Source: a virus
Lineage: Duplodnaviria; Caudoviricetes
Strand: one strand, 5' to 3'
Virus record (IMG/VR): IMGVR_UViG_3300001598_000034
Span: 32,001 to 96,000 of that record
DNA length: 64,000 bases
How positions within the stretch are numbered: the first letter of the stretch is position 1; the number at the start of each line of letters is the position of its first letter. The notes beneath the pieces are model-generated. The model saw only the letters and a list, made by a program, of their open reading frames with translations. It had not been told where the DNA came from and made no database searches. The position numbers were made by a program, and so were the translations under genes. Below, in pieces: positions 56,733 through 64,000 of this stretch.

Positions 56733-56743
56733 TTTAACACTCC
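56698..56743. repeat. 22-nt tandem duplication of RBS plus start codon
   Basis: gttgtttccattttaacactcc at 56698-56719 and 56722-56743. Confidence 0.9.
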
Positions 56744-57106
56744 TTATAGTAGTTTTACATACCCAGAAAACATTTCAGCAATTTCTTCTGAATCTAACTG
56801 TTCATCCTTAAGAATACCAAAATGTCTTAACACGCGCTTGCTTGGTTTTTGCATGAGCCACCAGCGTGTAATCAATTCAACAGGATGCCCATTTGCAAAA
56901 AACTCAAGCAATGGTTTTGGTTGTGGGTCTCTACACTCTTGATCATTGGCGTCCCAATCATAATCATACCATTGAAAATATAAATCCCACAAAAATCTAG
57001 CCATAGGATTAATTTCATAGTCAGTCACTTCCTCACAAGTTAAAAACTTAACCATACCTTCTTGCCCTAAAGATGTAATTAAGTCATAGTTGGTTTTATA
57101 CTCCAT
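56744..57106 (-). CDS. Hypothetical protein
   Basis: Operon packing; RBS. Confidence 0.55.
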   Translation of the reverse strand: MEYKTNYDLITSLGQEGMVKFLTCEEVTDYEINPMARFLWDLYFQWYDYDWDANDQECRDPQPKPLLEFFANGHPVELITRWWLMQKPSKRVLRHFGILKDEQLDSEEIAEMFSGYVKLL

Positions 57107-57107
57107 T

Positions 57108-57458
57108 TTAGCACCCCTCTTCTGAAGTTATATCAGCTGCTTCTATTAGTTTAAAGCTAACCAAGTAATTATCTTCATCAGTAATAAACTCAGCTACATA
57201 ATCATGTGCTATACCGCGTTTTTCAAACTCAGTAGCAGGATCTTCACATTCGTCTAATATTTGATAGTATGCTCCAGGATCATTTGAACAAGGAATAATT
57301 CCTGTAACTTCTGCTAAGAGTACTTCAAAATCTGACTCTTCTATAATTACGGCCATTGCACCTTTAGAAAAGTTGTTTAAATATACTTTCCACTCTTCAT
57401 AAGTACTGCAATATCTAAAGGTCATTTTCTTCCTCTCCTTTTGTCTCTCTTTCTCCAC
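57108..57458 (-). CDS. Hypothetical protein (start probably MTFRY)
   Basis: AGGAGAGGA RBS before internal ATG. Confidence 0.5.
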   Translation of the reverse strand: MEKERQKERKKMTFRYCSTYEEWKVYLNNFSKGAMAVIIEESDFEVLLAEVTGIIPCSNDPGAYYQILDECEDPATEFEKRGIAHDYVAEFITDEDNYLVSFKLIEAADITSEEGC

Positions 57459-57591
57459 TCTGGATCAATAAACTCGTATTCTCTGGGTCTAACATGTCCT
57501 AATGCACGGTTAGGAGCTGTACCACCTCTACGTTTTCTGTGATCTGCTCTACACCTGTTATACCAAAAATAATTCTTATCATCCCAAGCCA

Positions 57592-57828
57592 TTATTCTTC
57601 CACCTCCTCAATACTAAACTCCTTGTGGTTTCTCAAAGCTAAATAAATATTTTTTGCTAAGACAGCTTCTGAAAAACTTTGAAAATGAAGTGCATCTTCT
57701 TTATGTATTACTCTAATAAAATCACAATCTTTATTAGTACCAACATATCCATCAGGCTCATATTCTACTTTTTTACCAACCTTATCCCAATTGATGGGCG
57801 CATAAAGCACAATTATAAATTTTTTCAT
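57592..57828 (-). CDS. Hypothetical protein
   Basis: GGAGGT RBS; TAATG coupling. Confidence 0.55.
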   Translation of the reverse strand: MKKFIIVLYAPINWDKVGKKVEYEPDGYVGTNKDCDFIRVIHKEDALHFQSFSEAVLAKNIYLALRNHKEFSIEEVEE

Positions 57829-58067
57829 TAGTTATCTACCTCCACCACATCAATGACATATCCGTCCTTCAGTACGGTAGTATGCTTATCATTGTAGGCC
57901 TTGACAAACTCTTCAATCTTGTTCTTATCTTTACCAATCTTGACAACGGGAGAATTCTCCCAAGGCCACTCTCCTGCCTCCGTATTTAGTACTACGAATA
58001 CTATTTCTTTCTTTTTATTAGCTACTCCTGCCATGTATTTATTCCTCTCTTTTCTCTGGATTTTCAA
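57828..58067 (-). CDS. Hypothetical protein (start probably MAGVA)
   Basis: Operon packing. Confidence 0.5.
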   Translation of the reverse strand: MKIQRKERNKYMAGVANKKKEIVFVVLNTEAGEWPWENSPVVKIGKDKNKIEEFVKAYNDKHTTVLKDGYVIDVVEVDN

Positions 58068-58245
58068 CTTTACCTATATATGCTCCAGGCGCGCAGTCAA
58101 ATCCCCAGATTTCAATTTCTTTCTCTGGATGAGCTATCTTAGCCATCTCAGCATAATGTTGCGTTACTTCCTTTGTCAGTGACGCGGAAGCTAAGTTTAT
58201 TACGCCATCAGCTACATAGGCGTAGAAATATGTTTTATTCAGCAT
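58039..58245 (-). CDS. Hypothetical protein
   Basis: GGGGAG RBS. Confidence 0.55.
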   Translation of the reverse strand: MLNKTYFYAYVADGVINLASASLTKEVTQHYAEMAKIAHPEKEIEIWGFDCAPGAYIGKVENPEKREE

Positions 58246-58258
58246 CTATTTTCTCCCC

Positions 58259-58529
58259 TTACCAATCACTATCTGTTTGTAATATTCTACGCAGAGAGAT
58301 AATGCAAAAGCCATCTGGTACGTCCTCCCAGTCACTGTGCCTTAATACAGTACCGACAGAGGCAAGACGTGATCTTCCTGTATACTCTTGCTTATCAGGA
58401 TCCCACTCTCGTAGCCACAGTACATCACCTTCTTGGATGTTGTCTTCATCTTTACGATATTCAAAAGTTTTTCCCATAGATAACTGGTATAAACCACTTA
58501 TGCAATATTTTCTTTTCTACAATTTTCAT
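58259..58529 (-). pseudogene. Frameshifted ASCH/DUF3850-like gene
   Basis: MKIVEKKILHKWFIPVIYG (from 58529) and KTFEYRKDEDNIQEGDVLWLREWD are in different frames across GGGAAAAACTTTTGAA. Confidence 0.7.
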
Positions 58530-58533
58530 TTTT

Positions 58534-58956
58534 CTACTTGGTATCCTTTCTTAATAAATCTGGTTCGTGCCCTTTCTTAATAAATGGGACATCGACTACA
58601 GTAAATTCAGTACGGGAACCTTCGCTTCTACTTTTCAAAACTTCATTATATGCATATGCTTCATCCTTATCCTCAAATACTCTTAACGTATGCACTTCGC
58701 CATTAGCAAGTGACATTCGTATTACATATGCATTTTCTATATTCATTTTTTCTACATCGATTAATTCAAATTTCATAGCATGTTTATCATTTTTTTCTAA
58801 CCAATCTTCTGCAACCTTTTGGGCTTGATCTTTTGATATAAATGTCCATGCCATTTCAAATAAATATGTGTGTGATTCATCCGTTCCTTTTGAGCTTCCA
58901 ATATAATAGGGCAAATCATATTTATTATTTGGAATGATTTTTATTCTATAACTCAT
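58534..58956 (-). CDS. Hypothetical protein
   Basis: RBS; operon packing. Confidence 0.55.
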   Translation of the reverse strand: MSYRIKIIPNNKYDLPYYIGSSKGTDESHTYLFEMAWTFISKDQAQKVAEDWLEKNDKHAMKFELIDVEKMNIENAYVIRMSLANGEVHTLRVFEDKDEAYAYNEVLKSRSEGSRTEFTVVDVPFIKKGHEPDLLRKDTK

Positions 58957-58960
58957 ATTT

Positions 58961-59191
58961 CTATCTCCCTCTTATTTCACATAATTCTTCTTCAGTAAAA
59001 TTGTGCGACATGAGAACAGCACGCCCACTGCCTGCGTAATATGCTACAACTACAAATGCAGCATCACTTGGGGCTTCACGCACAATTGCTTTACGAAGTG
59101 TCTTCGATGCCATAGTATATTTTCTGGAATATAACGTGTCATGATTCCAAATATTTCCATCAGTACACAAATAACTAAAAACGTATTTCAT
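58961..59191 (-). CDS. Hypothetical protein
   Basis: GGAG RBS. Confidence 0.5.
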   Translation of the reverse strand: MKYVFSYLCTDGNIWNHDTLYSRKYTMASKTLRKAIVREAPSDAAFVVVAYYAGSGRAVLMSHNFTEEELCEIRGR

Positions 59192-59336
59192 TTTTCTAAC
59201 TCCATATGACTTAAAAGAGAATCAATCGCATTCTCCACAGCTCCTGGGATATACAACGTAAAGCCGAACCAAGGGTGATATCCATGCTCGGGATATTGTT
59301 CAATAAGGTATTCCCAAAGCCATTTATGCATGTCAG

Positions 59337-59552
59337 TCATTTTTCTACCCCTACCAGCTTCAGTTCACCATTTACTAATTTTTTAGCTACAACATCATAG
59401 CGCGCAGCTTCCGAGTGATCACCATATTCCTCACAATCTCTTGCTATGAAATCTAATGCTTCTAAAATTGCTTTTACATTATCCTCTTCAAATCTAGTTT
59501 TATCCATTATTATCATCTCCTTATTTACAAAATAAAAGGACCAGGAGTGCAT
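59337..59552 (-). CDS. Hypothetical protein (start probably MDKTR)
   Basis: AAGGAG RBS before internal ATG. Confidence 0.5.
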   Translation of the reverse strand: MHSWSFYFVNKEMIIMDKTRFEEDNVKAILEALDFIARDCEEYGDHSEAARYDVVAKKLVNGELKLVGVEK

Positions 59553-59575
59553 AAGCGCTCCCAGCCCGTCAATAA

Positions 59576-60067
59576 TTATTCAGTTTTTAAATTTCCGTTA
59601 TCTCGCCAAATATTTAACGTTTTGGTGAGACGATCTACTTGATATAATTCTTGATTACTACTTCCATAATATGGGATCTTGCTGCTACGTAGAGATTCTA
59701 CATATGGACCTACTTTAACGAAGTCAATGTAGTTTGGGTAATCAGGAAATTCTTCCACAAATCTTTCTACGGTATACCCTGTGTAGAGTGTAACTGTAAG
59801 ATCTAGTTTATGTACTGCCACAGCTAACTCTTTGACTACATCTAGTTGTAGCATCGGTTCCCCACCAGAAAATGTAAATCCTGTAGTAAGAGCTGTGCGT
59901 TCTTTGAGTATATCCTCTATACTTACTAACTTACCCCCGTTGCAGTCATGAGTATGTGGGTTATGGCATCCAGGGCAATTTGCTTTACATCCCTGAAATA
60001 CCACAACTGTGTTTATACCTGGTCCGTCAGTAATAGAATCAAGTAGGATTTGATTTATTCTCGGCAT
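59576..60067 (-). CDS. nrdG: Anaerobic ribonucleotide reductase activating enzyme
   Basis: SITDGPG, FQGCKANCPGCHNP, FSGGEP, GSSNQ; GGAGGT RBS before ATG at 60067. Confidence 0.95.
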   Translation of the reverse strand: MPRINQILLDSITDGPGINTVVVFQGCKANCPGCHNPHTHDCNGGKLVSIEDILKERTALTTGFTFSGGEPMLQLDVVKELAVAVHKLDLTVTLYTGYTVERFVEEFPDYPNYIDFVKVGPYVESLRSSKIPYYGSSNQELYQVDRLTKTLNIWRDNGNLKTE

Positions 60068-61469
60068 TGTCACATACCTCCATAAGTTCGTCCACTCCGA
60101 TAGGTATGCCCATATGAGCTGTACGATCATGGAGTTCTGCTAATTTGCCATTGTTGAAGTTTTCAATTTTGCTGAAGTATCCTGTAATACGACGTACTCT
60201 GCGTAGGTCTTTGGATCCACACACGGGACATCCTTCTAATGGAATGATTCCTAAGAAATCACACTTATTGCAGAAGTCGATAGGAAAATTAAGGGCTATG
60301 TACCCTGCATCCTGATCACAAGCAAAATTCACTAATTTCTCTATTGATTCTATATTGCCAATAGGGGCTGATCCAAGTTCTACATAAAGAATATGACCAG
60401 CATTTGCAAACTTATGATAAGGAGCTTCCAAACGAATCTTTTCTTCAGCAGTTACTCGTGCAAACGGAGCCACATGACAACTGTTTACAAAGTAATCTCG
60501 ATCAGTAATGTTTGGAACTATACCAAACTTCTTACGAGTTGCTTTTAACAATGTATGACATGCACTCTCTGCAGGAGTAGCAATTACAGAGAAATTAAGA
60601 TGATACTTCTCTGTTAATTTATTTGTAAAGTTATACATGAATTCAGCGATCTTTAATCCTAATGCTTGTGATGCTGGATCTTCATGTTGTGCTTTACCTG
60701 TAAGACACATAAGAGTTTCATAAATTCCAATATATCCAATTGTATGAGTACCGTTCTTTAAGGATTCTTCAATACTTTCATCTTCAGGTCTATTTTCGGA
60801 ATTGAGCCAGAGACCTGTCATATTGAAGGGAATATCTTTGCGTCTTAATTGCTTTAAGACGTTATAACGATGAATTAATTGTTGCTCACACAATTCCATT
60901 GTTTCTTGTAAGAGCTTAAAGAACTCATCAACATTTCCTTTTGCCTCTAATGCTAAGTAAGGCAAGTTGATTGTCGTAAAGGATACGTTGCCACGTCCAT
61001 TAGCAACGCATGGTCCATTTACATTTGATGCAATGCGTGTTCTGCAACCCATGTAGGAAACTTCTTTTCCAAAAGGAGCATTAAAGGAACTATTCATATT
61101 AATGTATGTTGGGAACATACGCTTAGCCGTTACTCTTAATGCTAATTGGAATAAATCATAGTTTGGATCTTCTGGTCTACGATTAACACCAGTTTTAATT
61201 TTGAACAATATATTAGGAAACATCGGCTGTTCATGATGGCCTAGACCTGCATCATAAGCTTCAAGAATCGCTTTTGTCACCATACGTTCTTTAGGACTTG
61301 TGCCCATTCCTAATGTAATTGAGGAAAAAGGCACTTGATTACCAGCTCTTGCATGCAAAGTATTTAAGTTTCCAATAAAACCTTCACACGCTTGAAATAA
61401 TTCTTCGTAGGTAGTATCATCTGTAACATACTCTGCCATTTCCATATCAAAGTCTGATACACCTATACC
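60039..61469 (-). CDS. nrdD: Anaerobic ribonucleoside-triphosphate reductase, exon 2
   Basis: QVPFSSI, MGCRTR, GRGN, TPAES, CxxC-CxxC, RRITGY glycyl-radical motif. Confidence 0.95.
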   Translation of the reverse strand, partial: GIGVSDFDMEMAEYVTDDTTYEELFQACEGFIGNLNTLHARAGNQVPFSSITLGMGTSPKERMVTKAILEAYDAGLGHHEQPMFPNILFKIKTGVNRRPEDPNYDLFQLALRVTAKRMFPTYINMNSSFNAPFGKEVSYMGCRTRIASNVNGPCVANGRGNVSFTTINLPYLALEAKGNVDEFFKLLQETMELCEQQLIHRYNVLKQLRRKDIPFNMTGLWLNSENRPEDESIEESLKNGTHTIGYIGIYETLMCLTGKAQHEDPASQALGLKIAEFMYNFTNKLTEKYHLNFSVIATPAESACHTLLKATRKKFGIVPNITDRDYFVNSCHVAPFARVTAEEKIRLEAPYHKFANAGHILYVELGSAPIGNIESIEKLVNFACDQDAGYIALNFPIDFCNKCDFLGIIPLEGCPVCGSKDLRRVRRITGYFSKIENFNNGKLAELHDRTAHMGIPIGVDELMEVCDNAENKSNPT

Positions 61470-62464
61470 CGTTTAATCTTATACTTTCATATAAGCCTGA
61501 CTATATCTTCTCTCTTATCGGAGAGCTTCGCGCTTTGAATAAAAGAGTTTCACTTTTACTCTACTCTACTTAGTTACTTTCTGCTGGAGCAGATACCTGT
61601 TCGATAGTCGATGCACTTTTTAAACTAAGAGTGTGGTTAATTAAAAATAGATATTTAGGATTATTTAATTTATATAATACATCATGATAAGACTTATTCA
61701 ATTTCACAGCTAACTCCTTAATATTATTAGCTTCATAAATTATTTTTCCATTATATATAGCTTGAATAGTTGTTGATGTTTTAACAATTATAATATATCT
61801 CCAAATAACAATTTCTGGGTGTAATATTATTTTACGTATTGTACACTTTTTAAGTGGTAAAATACAGCTTGCAGTATGAATGTTTCTATACTCTATAATA
61901 CTTGACGTAGCTATATTTTTAACTATAACTGGTTTAGAACATGCAGGTATAGCGTCTGGTACGTTATGGTGATAATGTCTAATATTATCCCCATTTGTAA
62001 TTAATTCTAAATTATCTAAATTATTATTATGTTTATTTAGATCTTTATGGTTAACAACTAAACCATCATCAGGAGTATGATTTAAAAATGTATCAGCCAT
62101 TAGATTATGAATTTTCTTATAATTATGTTTTGTGTTTGTAGACAGTACAACTCTATAATAGCCATCTCTGTCTTGGCCATAGGCCATTTTACGCGGATTG
62201 CTATAATCTGTTTTACCGTGTGCTCCTTTCACAAACATACTATACAAATCCCCAGTTTTTGTGATAAAATAATGGGGAAAATTTTTTACAGGGTAAGCTT
62301 CTTCCCCATTTATTATGATCATTATTTATTTTCCTTTTCTTAGTTTAACTTAGCACAGGATAACCCTACGTATTACTTTAAGGGCTTCCCCTGTTAGCCT
62401 TCAGATTACTGAAGACACCTGGTATTTACCAGTTCACGAAGTTTTAATTCGGCAGTATTTATTT
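61470..62464 (-). mobile_element. Group I intron (995 nt) in nrdD
   Basis: 5' splice site after U of CAGTTCGGT pairing with intron GCCGAATT (P1, U-G); P7 GACTA / AAGATATAGTC; terminal G at 61470; splicing restores QFG-GIGVSDFD in frame. Confidence 0.92.
61570..62322 (-). CDS. Intron-encoded HNH homing endonuclease (NUMOD4-HNH)
   Basis: YFITKTGDLYS, DGYYRV, IHNLMA, VNHKDLNKHNNNLDNLE. Confidence 0.92.
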   Translation of the reverse strand: MIIINGEEAYPVKNFPHYFITKTGDLYSMFVKGAHGKTDYSNPRKMAYGQDRDGYYRVVLSTNTKHNYKKIHNLMADTFLNHTPDDGLVVNHKDLNKHNNNLDNLELITNGDNIRHYHHNVPDAIPACSKPVIVKNIATSSIIEYRNIHTASCILPLKKCTIRKIILHPEIVIWRYIIIVKTSTTIQAIYNGKIIYEANNIKELAVKLNKSYHDVLYKLNNPKYLFLINHTLSLKSASTIEQVSAPAESN

Positions 62465-63169
62465 ACCGAACTGGCTATTTGCTGCACTCTGGAGTGCAAT
62501 TGCTGCCAAAGCAAATGCCGTACCAATGTGACTTGGACGACGTAAGTACCCATGAGGCATCTTCATATTATTTAATACTTTGTGGACTTCAAAGTTCAAA
62601 CAATTATAGGTAATGCCATAGAAACCTAAATCATGGATATAAATTTTACCATCCTTATGCGCTTGCGCAATATCAGGCGGTAACAACTTTTCTAACGCAT
62701 ACATCTTATTTACTGACTCTGCTATTTGAGCCATCTTGCTTGCAGGACTTAGTAAAGTGTTTGCATTAGACTTGTCTGTCTCTTTGGTAATAGCTTCTAC
62801 CTGGTCCATAAGACTAAGCATTGCTTCTTTACCCTGTTTACGGTCATTTCTGTACTCAATGTAACTACGGGCTGCATCCTTATCAACATCCATCAAGGCA
62901 TCTTCAACCATATGATGAATAGACTCGTATGTGATCACCGTGTTACTCTTGCTGAAATTAGCAACTTTTTCAGTAACAATAGCTGTTACAGATTTGGCTA
63001 ATTCATCAGCTTTTTCTCTGTCATATCCACATGACAATAATGCTGCCCAAGCCGCACGTTCAATTTTCATTGCATTAAAACGTACTAACTTTCCAGCTTT
63101 GTTTAGGACTTTAATTTCATTCTGATTTCGTGCTGCCTGTGCAGTCCCCGAAACTTCATTTTGTACCAT
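62465..63169 (-). CDS. nrdD: Anaerobic ribonucleoside-triphosphate reductase, exon 1 (ATP cone)
   Basis: VLNKAG...FNAMKI ATP cone; AHKDGKIYIHDL, YNC. Confidence 0.95.
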
Positions 63170-63219
63170 ATTTAGGTACCTCCGTTATTAAATTAAGAGC
63201 TATAAAAGCTCCGTAATAT

Positions 63220-63230
63220 ATATTATACCT
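63220..63230 (-). promoter_or_regulatory. Class A phage promoter
   Basis: AGGTATAATAT upstream of nrdD. Confidence 0.7.
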
Positions 63231-63233
63231 GTA

Positions 63234-63404
63234 TTAGTGCCTTTCTATCCAATCAGCCATAGCACCAATTAATATTAGTGGAGATAATAGGAGTAGTACT
63301 ATTAATGAGAGAGCTATACCAGGTAGTATTAGTAATAAGAATATAGCTAATAATACCAAGCCTTTTCCTATGTCTTTTAAATATTGCCAGTCAATATCAA
63401 CCAT
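63234..63404 (-). CDS. Small membrane protein (56 aa, absent from ORF track)
   Basis: MVDIDWQYLKDIGKGLVLLAIFLLLILPGIALSLIVLLLLSPLILIG; AAGGA RBS. Confidence 0.6.
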   Translation of the reverse strand: MVDIDWQYLKDIGKGLVLLAIFLLLILPGIALSLIVLLLLSPLILIGAMADWIERH

Positions 63405-63439
63405 ACTGTTTATTCCTTTAACTTATATGCTATCATATC

Positions 63440-63649
63440 TCAATGAAGTTTCATTGAACAATTAATGCCATGTAACGAATCACGTATATTTTCCAATATA
63501 CTATTATGCGCATTCATATAGCTATTATACATATGTAACTCATCTACCAACCTAGATATAGATTTAGCAATCAAAGACATTGATTCTTGTGGTGTTAAAT
63601 AATCTATTTTATATGCTTCCTCAAATTCTTTTGGTGTTGAAAAACTCAT
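63440..63649 (-). CDS. Hypothetical protein
   Basis: GAGGAG RBS. Confidence 0.55.
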   Translation of the reverse strand: MSFSTPKEFEEAYKIDYLTPQESMSLIAKSISRLVDELHMYNSYMNAHNSILENIRDSLHGINCSMKLH

Positions 63650-63653
63650 AATA

Positions 63654-63986
63654 TTACTCCTCGACTACCTCTAACTCTACAGGTGGATATGTCCAAGCTC
63701 CATGAAATTTTTCCCTAGGCATATTCATTTCCATTGTCATAGCACCGCCTATGTATTGTGGTAGCCAGTGTATACATTCATTACAGAGTCTTAGTTCTCT
63801 TGTTTTGATCCTTCTGTCGTCGATTCTAATATCAAGTTGGACAAGGTGACTTTCTCCATTGCTTGATCCAAAACTTCCCCCGCAGAATCTGCAAATGGAC
63901 CTAGAGCTATCTCCGTCCTTTCCTGTATCCATTTCCACATGTTCATCACGTCTAGATCGTCCACTTTCTTTTCCTTTCGTAGCCAT
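63654..63986 (-). CDS. Hypothetical Zn-binding protein (start uncertain)
   Basis: CRFCG...LCNEC. Confidence 0.5.
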   Translation of the reverse strand: MATKGKESGRSRRDEHVEMDTGKDGDSSRSICRFCGGSFGSSNGESHLVQLDIRIDDRRIKTRELRLCNECIHWLPQYIGGAMTMEMNMPREKFHGAWTYPPVELEVVEE

Positions 63987-64000
63987 GCGGTCAGCGATTG

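Noticed and set aside
61-63125. Many 60-240 aa ORFs antisense to or nested in long genes (e.g. 19916-20626, 21551-22054, 47560-48030)
   Set aside because: Shadow frames of well-supported genes, without RBS or recognisable motifs
1-64000. tRNA genes or stop-codon reassignment
   Set aside because: No T-loop/cloverleaf noticed by eye (tRNAscan not run); core genes are full length in the standard code and TAA, TAG and TGA all end genes

Overview
A 64-kb, AT-rich segment of a large (probably jumbo) tailed phage with a contractile tail. The host is inferred to be an anaerobic Firmicute (AGGAGG ribosome-binding sites, NrdD/G, ThyX, 3D-domain protein). There are three blocks. (1) 1-6.2 kb, minus strand: an operon with a prokaryotic ubiquitin-like module (Ubl ending TKG-C, Prok-E2, JAB protease), preceded by ~1 kb of non-coding DNA built from structured modules closed by perfect 16-26 bp inverted repeats, one of which displays anti-Shine-Dalgarno motifs. 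(2) 6.3-38 kb, plus strand: the C-terminal half of an RNA polymerase beta' subunit that begins with what looks like the large half of an atypically split intein ending in Asp, then head genes (intein-containing prohead protease, scaffold, major capsid), neck, sheath, three tube paralogs, a sigma factor, and cargo genes (including an SNF2 ATPase) sharing an N-terminal MINxEYLEKxA leader. (3) 38-64 kb, minus strand: replication and nucleotide metabolism (PolA with UDG-like domain, primase-helicase, PD-(D/E)XK nuclease, HD protein, SSB, HU, RuvC-like resolvase, sigma factor, SNF2, ThyX, Rnl2, NrdG, NrdD split by a group I intron with an HNH endonuclease) and many small, partly decayed accessory genes. 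Two phage promoter motifs are visible. All functional calls come from motif recognition by eye, not database searches.
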